Shown piece by piece: positions 35,301-48,010 of a DNA stretch of 64,000 nt. The first letter of the stretch is position 1; each line of letters starts with the position of its first letter. This stretch comes from Vicugna vicugna (taxonomy: Eukaryota): NCBI GenBank assembly GCA_013265495.1, contig MU057944.1, forward strand, positions 62,001-126,000. Direction: 5' to 3'. Under the pieces are notes generated by a model. That model was not told the DNA's origin. It made no database searches and saw nothing but the letters and a program-made list of their open reading frames with translations. A program made the translations under genes and the position numbers.

Positions 35301-36599
35301 ATTTTTTTACATAAAATAATAGCTGAAATGTACCCAGAAAACTCTTATTCATCCTTCAAGACCCAACTGAGATGCCCCGCCCTGCCTCTCCCTTCCGACA
35401 GCATTTGGTGCAGAGCTCACAATCCCATCTCTCCAGTTGTGTTTTTATTTATCTGTTGGTGTTTTCTGTTGCTGTTGTTGCTTAGATTCTGATATCTTCT
35501 GGGACAGGGACTAAGTTTTTCTTACTCATTCCTGTGTCCTTGATGGCCAGCAGAGAAGGTGCTCAGTCTGCAAAATGTAGGGGCAAAGTCAAGAGACCCC
35601 TGGGTCTTGGAGGCATGTCAGGGCCCCTTCTCGCCCACGTGGTTGCAGAGCAGGCAAGGAAAGAAGCCAGTCCAACCACGTTCATTCATCACCTCATCGT
35701 TGCAGTAATTCCGTGGGAGGAAGTGCCAAATGGTCTTTGTCCTGCCTCCTGCCCTCGTCAGTGCCCCCAGGAGCTGTAGCCAGATGCCGAGTTGGGTCTC
35801 TAAACCCGCCCCCAGCCCTTTGCTTTTCCTGCCCCTCCTTACCACCTGGCATCGCAGAAAACTGACTTCCCCTCACATTGTGTTGCTCTCATTGGCTGCT
35901 TCATACTAAGAATGACTTTGGAGTCTTCATCGAGTCTGGGAGGGGACTTGCATGGTGATGGCCAATTTGAGCACGCTCCACTGTAGAGGTCAATTATTTC
36001 CTTTATTTAAATCGAAGCCATTGAAATGATTAGACGGCTGGGCCCTGGAAGGGCTGGGGTGGGGGAATCTAATCACACGGAAACGCCGGCCAATCATCTC
36101 ATGTTGGCCTTTTCTCCCTCATCACAGCTGCTCCTCCCTTCTTGAACATTCGGCCCCGTTGTCCACCTCTCCTGAATCCATGTCGGCGGGAATAACAGTG
36201 CAAGGGAGGAGAGACATGTAGCCAGCACATTCCATCTCTCTTAAATGTAAACTCAAGGGCGAAGGCTTTCCTGATGCCAAGAAGAGATTGTACTGCAAAG
36301 TGCCTGTTGAAATTACTCTTGCAGGTGACAGAGGGGCTCCAGGCGTGATTTTCTGAACTGTGTTAAATGGAAGTTGCTATTTGACCGTAGGCTGCCCCGG
36401 AGCTGGAAAATCCAACCCTCATCCAGGCGGAAAGAACGTCTTCCACCTGGTCATTTTGCCAGGAGGCTGCCTCTCGCTAACTTACCTCTTGTCCACTGTG
36501 CACCTCACTGGTCCTTGATGGAGGCAGATGCTTCAAATCCATGCAGGCGGCTCACTGACTCGAGTGCCCAGGTTGTCGGCATCAGGCAGAAGGGTCACG

Positions 36600-36925
36600 G
36601 ATGCATATTTATTAAATGCACCAGACAATAGCTAGGCACTTGGAATGGATATAGCTATGCTGTGATGCCAGATATCAAAGACCCTAGTCACCTTCATACA
36701 GTAGAAGATGGGCAGGTAGATAGATAGATACTTTAGATGGTGATAAGGGCTATGATGAAGGTTTAAAAGGGTCATGTGAAGAGAGAGGAGAGCAGAAGGG
36801 CTCTCAGGAAGGGACATTTGAGTTGAGATCTGAATGTTAAGGATGAACCAACCACACAGAGATCAAGGGGAGAGCATCTGAAATGCCAGGAACAGGTGTG
36901 AAGGCCTGACCTGAGGAACAGTAAG
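36600..36925 (-). mobile_element. L2 fragment
   Basis: atatttattaaatgcacc...gctaggcactt...ggacatttgagttgagatctgaatg...ccaggaacaggtgtgaaggcctga. Confidence 0.65.
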
Positions 36926-37309
36926 CCAGGCAGGTGTGGGGGGCACTTCTCAGTGGAGCCGTACGTGGGTCATGTGCCAGTGCACAAGGCTTGAAATCTG
37001 GAAAGGATGTCCCTCGTCCAAAGCGTTTCATTGAAGCGTCCTGGGGGTTGGAGCAGCCTTTTTAAAATCACTGCAGCATCAAAAGGTCAAAGGTCAGGCA
37101 CAGGCAATGGGATGCTGGATTCTGGATGCTGGCGCTGAATATACCCATCCTCCTTCCCAACTCTGCCTTTAGTGGCATCCCTACAGAAATCGGCAGATGC
37201 CACACATCAGGGGAGGGGGCCTTAAAGTCAATTTGTAAACATCTACCAGGACGCCACGGGGCATGAACGCACTGGCTGGTGGGTTGGACCTGCCTGGTTA
37301 CCCTTCCCA

Positions 37310-37720
37310 CCCGTCACCCTCCACTCTCCCCTGCTGGTCCTGTTCTAGCCGCTCCAGGCTCCTGGCCAGTCCCCACACAGGCCAGGTGTGCTTGCCGTTC
37401 CCTTCCCCCCAGACGTCCGCAGGCCTGGCTCTCTGGCCTCCCTCAGGCTGTGCTGAGATGTCCCTTCTCAGCGAGCCCTCCCCTAACAGTCCCCAGCCCC
37501 CTGTGCCTCCTGCCTCCCTCCCCACCCTGTCTTTCTGCATCGCTCTCAGCACCATCTCTCTCTTGGTATCTTTTACAGATGTATCTTTTTTATTCTCTGC
37601 CTCACCCTCTAGCTAGAAGAGGAAAGGGGGACTTTCGTCTGTTTCTTCACTGTTTTATACCCAGCCCTTTAAACCATGCCAGGCACTCAGTCGATGCGTG
37701 TTCGTCTTCTGTTGAACGCA
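37310..37720 (+). mobile_element. L2 3' end
   Basis: gctgagatgtcccttctcagcgagccctccc...cttcactgttttatacccagccc...catgccaggcactcagtcgatgc...tgttgaacg. Confidence 0.65.
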
Positions 37721-39604
37721 TGGCTGAGCTGCCTGGCCTGTGTTTTCTCTTCTCCCTCTAGGGCTCCATCTGTCTGATATTGTCTCTTATTTCCAGAACA
37801 AGGTAGACACTCAGGGCCAAGCAGATCTCAGTGAGGCAGGGAAATGGCGGGAGTGAGGGCTTAGCCTGCGGCCAGCCCTGCAGTGGGGGCTGGGCCAGGG
37901 CCCCTCTGTCCTGCCGTGTCAGGTGGCAGCCCTGGGCACGCCCCATTATCCTGCATCATTGAGTGAAGTAGTCCCCCCGGAAGTTTAATGTGTAAAAGGC
38001 ATCATTGTGCTGAATGGAGTTGACATCTGTTTACACCGTCCCTCTGTTACTCATTTCCACGTGAAACCCGCTGGCCTTGACGCTGTCCCACCATCCCAGG
38101 GCTCGTTACACAGAAGCATCAGAGGAGCCACACACTCCGCAGTGGGTTTTGTTTTTTTTTCCCTTTGCACTTTTCTTTTTTTTTTTTCCATTTTTACCTT
38201 TATTCAAGTAATACATGCACATATTTTAAAAAATCAAAGCATACTAAAAGGCTTATAATGAAAACCGCTAATGCCATGCCCACCCCCCTTCCCGATTCCA
38301 GCTCCCCAGAGCGGACTCCTCCCCACACTGGAGCTGTTTGCTCCTCCTTTCCATATTTTGAGATAATCTGTATGTTGCTCTGTCTCGGCTTATGCATTAT
38401 AGATGGAGTCTTTTGATGTCTTGTGATGGTGGGTGAAATTGTAAACACTCTTGAGGTCCCTCCCTGATTCCCCCCATATGGGTGGATCACACTTCTTAGT
38501 TTCCTTCACTGGGCAGTGTTGACATTGATTAGAACCTCATTCACTGTAGAACCAAAGTGTGACGAGATTCTTCCAGAATGACCATCCTGTGGGAATCTAG
38601 GCCCACTATGTAAGTAGGCGTGTGCTGGACTCAAGGCAGTGGGCGGAGTGAGGAGGGGAGGACCCAGGTAAGAAACAAATATGAAAAAGAATCTTAAGGG
38701 ACCCATTTCGGTGGGTGGTGGGAGGAGGCGACATTTAGGCTGAGCCCTGAAGGATGAGGAGGAGGCAGGCAGTCGAGGGAAGCGGGGGAGAGGGGTGACT
38801 TTGCAGGCAGGGGAGGGGCACGGGAGGACCCTCATCTCCGAGCTCCAGACCGTCTGGTGACTGCAGTCAGACATGAAATACAGGCTCACTGGAGGAGCCG
38901 ACCTTTTGGCCAGGCTGAAGATGGGGGAGGTATTGGCAGATCGGCCTGGGGTGGAAGAGCGTTTGGGACACTGGAACAGCATCGGCCATGCCCACAGATG
39001 GGACTGATTTCAGCAAACCTGCCTCCCTGTCACTGGGTGTAAATATCTTCACTTTATAACCTGAAGATTTTTTTAAAGAAACATCCGCCCGCCATCCCAC
39101 TGCCCTGACATGTATCTTTTTATCCTGCTCATCCCCTTGTAGCCCTCATATCTGCACAGACACTTCTGCGTGGTTTTCCCTGGTTTTGCATTTCATGGAC
39201 CCGCCAGTGGTCCTCCACATCGTGGGGGTCTCCACGCGTAGCTCAGCCCCAGCGTGTCTTCACCACCGCTGTCACTCAGCCACGTGGACAAAGACACATC
39301 AGATCTCACACTATGAAAGCTTTGAACTGTTTCCTCCTGCAAAAGAAAGCAGGACGATAATAGCTTTAAAAAATGTGGTTTTATAACCTAGTTTCAACCT
39401 CCCAGATGTGGAGACCAGATGGAGGTCCTCAGGAGGGACCCAGTTTCCTTTTCGGCAGCGTATGCGCTGAGCTCTCATTAGCAAGCCTCCACCATCTCAC
39501 CTGGATTGAGCCTGTTTCTTCTGTCTGCAGCGTCCCTGGCCCGGCCTCAGGGACGCCCCTGCCTCACCCACACCCTCACTGTGTTTTTCCCAGACTCACC
39601 CTTT

Positions 39605-39760
39605 AGGCAGGTTGCTTTGCTTCTCTGAGCCTCAGTCTTCTCATCTGTAAAATGGGGGTGACAACTAAATCAACGTCCTCTGAAGGTTACTGCAGGGGTC
39701 AGACGAGGTGCTATAAGCCAAAAGCCTGGAATGGACCCGGTGCCTGGCAGTGGGTACTTT
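39605..39760 (+). mobile_element. MIR SINE
   Basis: ttctctgagcctcagtcttctcatctgtaaaatggggg. Confidence 0.8.
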
Positions 39761-39897
39761 CATCCCTGCTTCCCCTTTCTCATTGTTAACAGCAACTCCC
39801 TAAAACAGGCTTTGCGTTTTCTCAGCTCTGCTTTGCAAAACAGCATCCTTCCTGGGCTGTCAGCCTGGCTGAACATGTGCTGTGAGAAGTACGTCTT

Positions 39898-40128
39898 GAG
39901 GAGAGGAGGGTATAGCTCACCGTTAGAGCGCGTGGTTGTCGTGCGTGAGGTCCTGGGTTCAATCCCGAGTACCTCCTCCAAAAATCAATAATAAAACCTA
40001 ATTACCTCCCCCCCACCAGAAGATAATAAAATAATAGAATAATAAATAAAAATTTTAAAATTAGTAAGTAAATAAATAAATAAGCAAACCTAATTACTTC
40101 TGCCCCCCCCCACCCCCTCAAAAAAAGA
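39898..40128 (+). mobile_element. Camelid tRNA-derived SINE (Vic-1-like), full length, duplicated 3' module
   Basis: ggagggtatagctca...aggtcctgggttcaatcccgagtacctcc, then aaacctaattac+C-run twice; decayed TSD aagtacgtctt (39887-39897) / aagcatgtctt (40129-40139). Confidence 0.9.
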
Positions 40129-40624
40129 AAGCATGTCTTACAGGCATTTCTGTGGGCACAGAGCCTAGATTTAAATGAGCTTGTTCTCAGGGAAGAAAAT
40201 GTGAGTGGCTACAGGGTATGGTTTTGTCCCATCTGAAAGGGGATCAACTCAGATGACAGAGTCCCTTTCCAACAGGGAGAAAATGGAGGTTCTTCTTGGC
40301 TTCCATTGCTTCTTGGCAGGGCAGCCTGAGGAGCTGGCCGCTTCATACTTGGGAACTTCGGTGGCTTGTCCGACAACCCACCACAGTGCTTGGTTGATGT
40401 GTGGGTTGGGAGAGTGAATACCCAGATGGATGTGTATATGTTTGGATACACGGATGGATGGACGGATGGCTGGGTGGGTGGAAAGGTGGGTAGAGAGAGG
40501 GTGGGAGGGAGCAGCTCCTTCCTTTGGTCTTGAATGCCCTTGATGGCTGGGCGGTTAATTTCTCAGTTCATCCTCTGCGGCTCACCTGTACCCCTCGGGG
40601 TGTCAGTAGGGGCTCTTCAAGATG

Positions 40625-41025
40625 TGTGTGTTAGTCCAGGTCCTCCAAGAAGCAAACATCAAGATGGGATGAAACGTGCAAGGATTCTATTAGGGGAAAT
40701 GCCTGTGAGCGGGAAAGTGGAGGAAGCCGGAGAGGGCTGGTGAGCTGTCATCCCCGAGTGATGGAGAGAGGCATTGGGTGGAAGCATCCTCGGCTGCCTT
40801 GCCACCTAGGGAAGGTTTGGCAAAGCTATTCAGGAATCTTCAAGCCAAAGCTGGGAGTCCCCTGTCTCCCAGGAGTGGGCCTGACTTTGCATCCCCGTCT
40901 TTCTCCATCAGTGGCTGGGAGAAGCCCCTGGGAACAGTGGCATCCGTGCAAAGCCAGCAGCCAGGCCCTTGGTCAGTTGCACTCCTGGTATTTGGAAGTC
41001 GGCCAGGCACACTCCCAGGACCAGC
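40625..41025 (-). mobile_element. LTR16-like ERVL LTR
   Basis: tgtgttagtccaggtcctccaagaagcaaacatcaagatggga...tattaggggaaatgcctgtga...ggagtcccctgtctcccaggagtgggcctg. Confidence 0.7.
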
Positions 41026-41639
41026 CTAGAGGAGGGAAGTTCTGTAGACAGATACGTTTTGGGGTGGCTGCCCTCTGTCGTCTCGGGGACTCAGGAGGCA
41101 CTGACAGCACAGTGACCAAGAATCCCTGCAGTAAGGAGTCCGTGGAATTCAGCATTTCCCAGGCTTATTTAGCTTTGGAGTCTTTTTTTCATAAGATGGT
41201 TCCCAGGATCAGAGTTTGAGATCCAGTGGTCTAAATGCAGCCCAGGAGATCCCAGGCCAAAAAGGAAGAGAAAAGAAAAGGGAAGCATGTGAGAAAGAGG
41301 AAACTACCTGCACACGGACAGAGGCAGAATGAACACAAAAAACACAAATCAAGGGAGAAACAGAGTGTCACTGGTGGTTTTCAGCAGACCGTGAGATACC
41401 AGAAATAACACACACACACAGGCAGAGAATCTAGGTGCTACTGTTCAAGGCTGAAACAGAAAACAGAGTGATTTCATTTGACTTACAGTGCCTCCTGTGC
41501 GCACAGGGCACTACAGCTTAGAAGGCTCTTGCCCATTTGCCACCTGCTGTGAGCATCACCCCAACCCTGCAATGGAGCCTGGGCTGGAGGGTGATTGTCC
41601 TCGTTCGGTTGCTACCGATGACTTTGACCGCAGTGATGG

Positions 41640-41815
41640 TGGCTGTCGAATTCACTGAGCGCCCATTAAGTGCCAGGCCCTAACTTAAGCAATTCCATCT
41701 TTATTAACTTCCTGCATGGGAAGGTGACTGTGGCTCAGAGAGGTTAAGTGACTGACTCGGGGTCACACGGCCAGCATGCAGCAGACCCTCATCCAAACCC
41801 ACTTCAGTCTGACTG
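41640..41815 (-). mobile_element. MIR SINE
   Basis: actgagcgcccattaagtgccaggcc...actgtggctcagagaggttaagtgactgactcggggtcacacggcc. Confidence 0.75.
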
Positions 41816-42509
41816 CACGACAAATAAGCCGGGCGGCCCCTCTGGCCTCTTCTGTACCCTTCTTCAGACCGACAGAGTAGCAGGGAGGTGCAGGCCCCTC
41901 TAAGTGGGCATTTTATAACCTGTTCTCCGTCACAGCAAGAAGTAGGCTCGGGGAATGTAAAGTGGGTAGCGATTTTTTTCCGTCTTTCTTTTACTGCCTT
42001 TGTTTATTGAGGGACAAATCATTGCTGTTTTCATTTGTGTTTCTAGCACAATAAAGATAAAAGATATGCTAGCAATCTGTTTAAAAGGCTTACGCAATTC
42101 CAGAATCCGAGCTGTCAGATTTATGCCACACACCGGTCTCACAGCTCTCACGGTGCCAGCCGCCCGGGCCTGCCAGGGGCTTCTGACGCTGCCATTATCA
42201 GTCATCACCAGGCGGCCACGAGCTCAGAGGTGGCCGTGGCCCCCTCCGCTGGCTGCAGCTGAGTCCGGTGGAGGACAGACGTGGGCTTTGGCCAGAGCCT
42301 CATGTCTGCCAACAGCCGTCCTGGTTTAATTGTTAGAGTTGATTCTTGGCTTCTAAAGCCAAAGAAGAGGGGTCCCAGGTCTGGAAGAGTCTGCTCTTTT
42401 TGACTCCCACCTCCACATTCCAATCTGAGCCTTGGGTACACAGCGAAGCACACCAGTCTGCATCTGTGCAGCGCTAGAGGGAGGAAGGGTTCCAGCAGGA
42501 CGTTGCTCC

Positions 42510-42662
42510 TGTATATTTGTCCATCAGCCTCCCCGGCCAGAAGATCAGCTCCATGAGGCTGGGGACTTGTTCCGTTCCATTCAGTGCAGCATCCTTGGGC
42601 CTAGAATAGTGTCTGGTACATAGTAGGTGCTCAGTGAATATTTGTGGGGGGACAAGTGAATT
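42510..42662 (+). mobile_element. L2 3' end
   Basis: agctccatgaggctggggactt...cctagaatagtgtctggtacatagtaggtgctcagtgaatatttg. Confidence 0.8.
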
Positions 42663-45157
42663 GGAGGAATAGGCAAGGGGGTCGCCATCCACAGGGCGTG
42701 GTCCTTCCTCTCCTCCTGCTTCCCCGTTTCCATGCCCCAGCCCTCCCGCCTCTCCTCTGCCTTCCCAGCTCTCCCCTCTCTTGTCTGGTCTCTCTTTTTG
42801 GCTGCCATTCTCTGACCATCTCCTTCTCCCCAAGGTGATGTCACCAAGCTCAGACCGCAAGGAGAAGGGTCTGGGACAAGGAGACCCAGTTTCTGTTCTG
42901 CCTCTACTTTGCTTTGAGCCCAAGTCTTTTCTCTCAGAGCCCTCAGTTTCTTCATCTGTAAAATGGGGAGAGCAGAGCATATCCACCTCTGAGCCTCCTG
43001 CAGAGGTGCTGAACGGGCAGGATAGGAGCGAGCTGGCAAGTGGAGAGGGAGTCAGGAATGTCGAGGGAAATATTCGTGCTCACAGACTCCTCCTTGCCAG
43101 GAAAGCAGCAGTGTTCTGTGGGTGCATCTTGGGGTGCATGTTGGGGTGCAAGAAGCCTTGGTTTTGGAGTTCTGTGGGAGGTTCCCCGAGGAGGGAGCAT
43201 GAACATCCACTCCTTGAGTCTGAAGCTATAGATGTCGAATGTCAGTGAGAGCGACAGTCACATTAGGCAGCGGCCCACTCTCCGCGTGAGTGATTAAAAC
43301 GTCACCGTCCGCCCCGCACATGATACATCATCTCACCGGCCTTGCACTTCATTAAGGGCTGTGTGAACACCGGGCATCCGCGTCATCTTTTGAGGGCTAC
43401 GTGGAGGCAGGGGTGGCAAGAGACACCTGTGCCGCGCGTCCTGGGAGCATCTTGGAAACAAAAGCTGGTGAGAGCGTGAAAGGCAGCAAGAGGGCCACGT
43501 GCAGGGAGAAAGGCCAGCTAAGAGGGCCCCATGCTGTAGCTTGAGGAGGCAGGGCTGGGTCCGGAGAGGTCGCTGGGAATCAGAGCTGCGGGACCTGGGG
43601 ACCCTCCCATCCCTGCCCTCCTTTTACAGACCAGTGAACTGAGGCTGGGGCAGCGGAGCCCCCAACATTGGGCCATTCTCAAAGTGAAGGATTATTGGTT
43701 GAGTGTTGTCTGCGTCCCCCAGGGCCAGCGGGGACCCTGTTGTGCGTGCTGACTTGCCTGAAGTAGCAACCAGAGTCTCAGGGTCACAGGACACACTGAA
43801 GTGAGAACCGAGTCTCCTGGCCCTCATTTGAATGTGTTATTACCATCACCCTTCTTTAATTCTAACCATCATCACCATCAACACGATAGTAGCAAAAATA
43901 ATAATAGCAGCTAACATCTGTCGAGTGCTTACTGTGTACCAGGCACTGTGCTGAGCTTGCGTCACGTATCAACGCAGATTTTTCTACCGTAATGTCCAAT
44001 GTGTGTTCCTGGAGACTCCGCCTTCTGGTAAAATCATGCACTGAAAATTGCAGGGTGTTTGTGAATAAGGTTGAGGGGTGGGGAGGCTGCTCCAGAATCT
44101 CAGGAACTTGGTAACGAGAGCACACTCAGAAAAATAAAGATTCCTGAGAGGACCAGCACCGCTGAACTTGTACCCAGCTTCCCTGGGGGTCATTTCTCTA
44201 CATCCTTAAAGGACACATTTAAAGGCTCCTGCTTTTTCTCTTTTGAGATGTTGACCCCAGAAGGCATTCACTTCTGGTAGAGACTGTTTTCATCAAAATT
44301 AAAAATCAGACCCAGGCTGTCGCCTTTATCATTCATCCATTGTTTTCATGCAGGGAGAAGCGTCTTCAGGCACTTTCGTCTCCCTCGCAGCTCCCCCCAG
44401 ACAGCTTAGCAGAGGGGGCACGCAGGCTCAGCTCTGGACGCCACCAAGTCAGTCGCTGCTTGCAGTAAAGAAAGGCACTTGGGTAGATTTTCAGCTTTTT
44501 TTTAATTAATATCTTCGTAGGCTGCTCAGGCTTTCTCTTTAATTTTAAGAAAACTTGCGCCTGATTGCTTCGAAACATGAATGCACAGGACAAGATCACC
44601 CGTAAATTAATGTGACATCTGCATTCTTGGATCCTACACCCTCACTGACCAGCCGCATATGAAGTACATATGGTGCACAGACTGTGTCTCCTTAAATCCT
44701 CCTCCCAATCCAAGGAGGCAGGGGCTACTAAAATCATCCCCATTTTACAGATGGGAAGACTGAGGCTTAGGAGAGGTTAAGTCACTTGCCCAAGATTACA
44801 CGGGTAAGAAATAGAGCACGACTCCACCCCACTGACCCCAACCGCCCTCCCCCTCTCTGCCACACCAATCGTACGTGCGGTCCTATTAGCCTTTTTAAAC
44901 CCCTTGATGGGCAGTGTCTTGTTCCTCGTTGCAGCCCCAGCACCCACCATGGTGCACAGACCAGGCCGTCAGAAAACATATGCTTGAGTAGCTGTCACAC
45001 TGGAGGGGTTTCAGCCAGAAAGTCTTACAGAGATGGTAGGGAGAGGGCTGTCACCTGCCTGAGGAAGGTGGCCCTGCCTCCCCAGCCACCAGACTGATCC
45101 CCGAGGCACTGTGTACTTCCCTGAGTTTTCTGTGTCCCAGACTTTGGCAGGGATATG

Positions 45158-45620
45158 AAGGCAGACCTCGGAGATACCACGGGTTCATTTCCAGACCACG
45201 GCAATAAAATGAATATCACAATAAAGTGAGTCACACGAATTGTTTTGGTTTCCCAGGGCGTATAAAAGTTATGTTTACACTCTCCCTTAGTCTATTAAGT
45301 ATGCAATAGCATTATATCTAAAAAAACAAAAAACAAAAAACAATGTACATTCTTTGATTTTAAAAGACAAAACAAGAAAAAACCAATCACGATAGTAAGA
45401 GGAAAGATCGCTGATCACAGATCACCATAACAAATAGAACGATAATGGAAAAGTTTGAAATAGTGTAAGAATTACCAAAATGCGGCGCAGAGACACAAAG
45501 GGAGCAGAAGCTGGTGGGAAAAAATGGCACCAATAGACTTGCTCGATGCAGGTTTGCCACAAACCTTCAGTTTGTAAGAAACGCAGTACCTGTGGAGTGC
45601 GATCCAGCCAGGTGTGTCCG
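45158..45620 (-). mobile_element. Internally deleted Tigger1 derivative (Tigger1a_Art-like MITE)
   Basis: Left aaggcagacctcggagata...ccagaccacggcaataaa matches the Tigger1 3' end (rc); right aaaaatggcaccaatagacttgctcgatgcaggtttgccacaaaccttc...aggtgtgtccg matches the 5' end (rc); both ends within ~460 bp, no transposase. Confidence 0.85.
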
Positions 45621-47279
45621 TGTTGGTTTCCCGGCTCAGATCTCAGAAGGAGGCCTGTTCCCCATTTGGGGTGTGGTGCCAAGGGCCTGCCTTCCAGCAC
45701 TTACGGGCAGCATCTCGGCTTCGCTTCACTCGGTCTCCCGGGGGCCCTGCACCATGCCGGACTCAGAGCATCCCTCGCACGTGTTCACCCAGCTGGACTA
45801 ACTAGGTGGGGTCGGCCCTTCCACTGCCGCGAGAGTCAGTCCTGGATGCTCAGCCCCTTCCAGGCCCCACCTCATCTCTCCCTCCTGGGAGATGTCTCTG
45901 CAGGTGCCTTAAAGGGATGTTCGCCTGTAAGCACACTGTGACGGAGCTGCCTGCGTGTGGACCCTGCTGTCACCTTCTTATCACGTAGGGCCCAGGCCTG
46001 CCCAGGACGCCAGCTGGTGGGATGACATCCTTAAAGCCAGTGTGCACCGGGCCTGTCACGCCTGCCCAACAGCTAGAGGTGCTCCGGTGGTGGGTGGTGG
46101 CCCCGCGCACTCCCCTGCTGCCAGCCGTCCTCGGCCCCTGCTCCTGGCATTGCCCCTGGAGCCGAATCTCCAACTCCTCTGACCCTGTCCCAGCTCCCAG
46201 GGGCCAAACTTCACCCAACCCTGGGGCCCAAAGGAGGGACCCTGTGCAGCTGTCTGGGGAGCAGGTGGAGCCGACCAGGCTGGGGTCGGGGGTTGCGGGC
46301 AAAGGCAGCCGGTCCAGAGGCGCATCTGGGCTTTGGGTGCACCTGGCTGGGCTTGTGTCCTGGCTTCGCCCCCACCTCCTGGGCCTTAGTGTTCTCAGCC
46401 GGAAGGCAGGACGGCAAAGTCTACCTCAATGAGGTGATACACGAAAACGGAGATGAATGCGCAGCACACATACGAGCTCAAGGAACATGCGCTCTTCCCA
46501 CAGGACTGTGTCTGGTGTGAGGGGTGTCTTCCTATGGGGCTGTGTCTTGGGGGGTCTCCCTATCTCTCCTTCCCTTTCTCTGCCTTCCTAGCTCTCTGTC
46601 CCTCCCCTCTCCCTCTACCTTGGGACAGTCCACCTGGGCTGGCGTCTGAAGAGCTCCAGGTGTCCACTGGAGATTTGGCTTTCCTGGGGAGGAGGCGGGT
46701 CCAGCCAGTCCTGGGACCTGAGCTGGGGCCGAGTGGGGGTGAACACAGCACCTTCCACACTGAGCCCAGCTTTTCTCAAAGAGGGAATCGAGCTGCCCGC
46801 AGCAGCCATATGGTGTTGAGACGATGCCCGAGGGCCTGCGAACGGGTCAGGAGTCAGAGCCAGGGTCCTGCCTGCAGGGCTGCAGCGCTGTGACACTCCC
46901 CCCGCATCAGAAGGCCCCAGCCCCCTCCCCACCTGCCAGCCCCAGGCCCTCCTCCCAGCTCCCATGCAAGGGGCGCGTGCCTGACTTGGTCAGGGTTTCC
47001 AGCCTCTGCGCCTGCTGGGATCAGCAGTGCCAGGCATATTTCCAAAGGGCCAGATGGTCTCACTGGGTACATATGCCCAGAGTTCATGCCACTGGCAGGA
47101 GATGACAAATGTTGGTTTCAGAGAAGTGGCTTTGAAATGGGACCCGGGGGCTCTAGGGTACGACTGCAACTCCTGCGATCAGAAGCGTTTTTTCCTGCCC
47201 CTGAAATAAAATTATGAGTGACCCTTTACTGAGTGTCCCTGTGTGCCAAACTCCAGACGTCTTCATGTAAGTGAGCTGA

Positions 47280-47446
47280 GCCTCTTACTAGACAAAGCGT
47301 GGCCCGTGGACCATGGGCATCACATCACTAGGAGCTTGTCAGAAATGCAGAATCCCAGGCCCCTCCCAGACCTGCTGAATCAGAATCTTCAGTTTAACCA
47401 GATCCCCAGGTGATTCCTGTGTTCAGTGAAGTTTGAAAGACACTGA
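47280..47446. mobile_element. MER5-family hAT element nested in a MIR (MIR pieces ~47215-47275 and ~47450-47580)
   Basis: ggagcttgtcagaaatgcagaatcccaggcccctcccagacctgctgaatcagaatct...tttaaccagatccccaggtgattc...aagtttgaaagacactg. Confidence 0.85.
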
Positions 47447-47804
47447 GCCAGATTTTATATCAGTTCTGCAGGTGAGGAAACTGCTGCCCAGAAAAGAGAA
47501 ATGAGTTGCTGGAAATCACAGCTAGGGAGTGGGCAGAACTGAGCTGTGGATTCATCTGACTTGCTCCAAAGTCCAGGCCCCTTCCTTCATTTAACAAGCT
47601 CTTCTGGAGGGTCTGGAGGAACCTTCCATGGGGACCTGCAGTTTGGCAGGTGGGGGTGCCCGCGGAGTGATCGCTACTCAGTGTGGCAGTTACTGTGATG
47701 AGAAGGTGCCCAGGGCAAAGGCGCACAGAGCAGGGGCCACTGAGGCCAGGAACGGTGACCGACAGGAGGGGACAGGTGACATCCAAAGAACAAGCAGGAC
47801 CTGC

Positions 47805-48010
47805 CAGGCAGCACCTACTGGGTGCCAAGCACTGTTCCCAGCACCACGGCACGCACTGACTCCCAGAGCCCTGGCAGCACTGGGCAAGGTAGGGACCACT
47901 CACAGCCCCGTTACTCAGGTGGAACACCTGAGGCGCAGGTCATCTGTGCAGCCTCAGAGCTAATGCAGGTGGTGGAGGCAGGATTTGAACCCAGGTGGTC
48001 TGGCTCTCAT
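47805..48010 (-). mobile_element. MIR SINE
   Basis: gcacctactgggtgccaagcactgtt...ggtggaggcaggatttgaacccagg. Confidence 0.7.
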
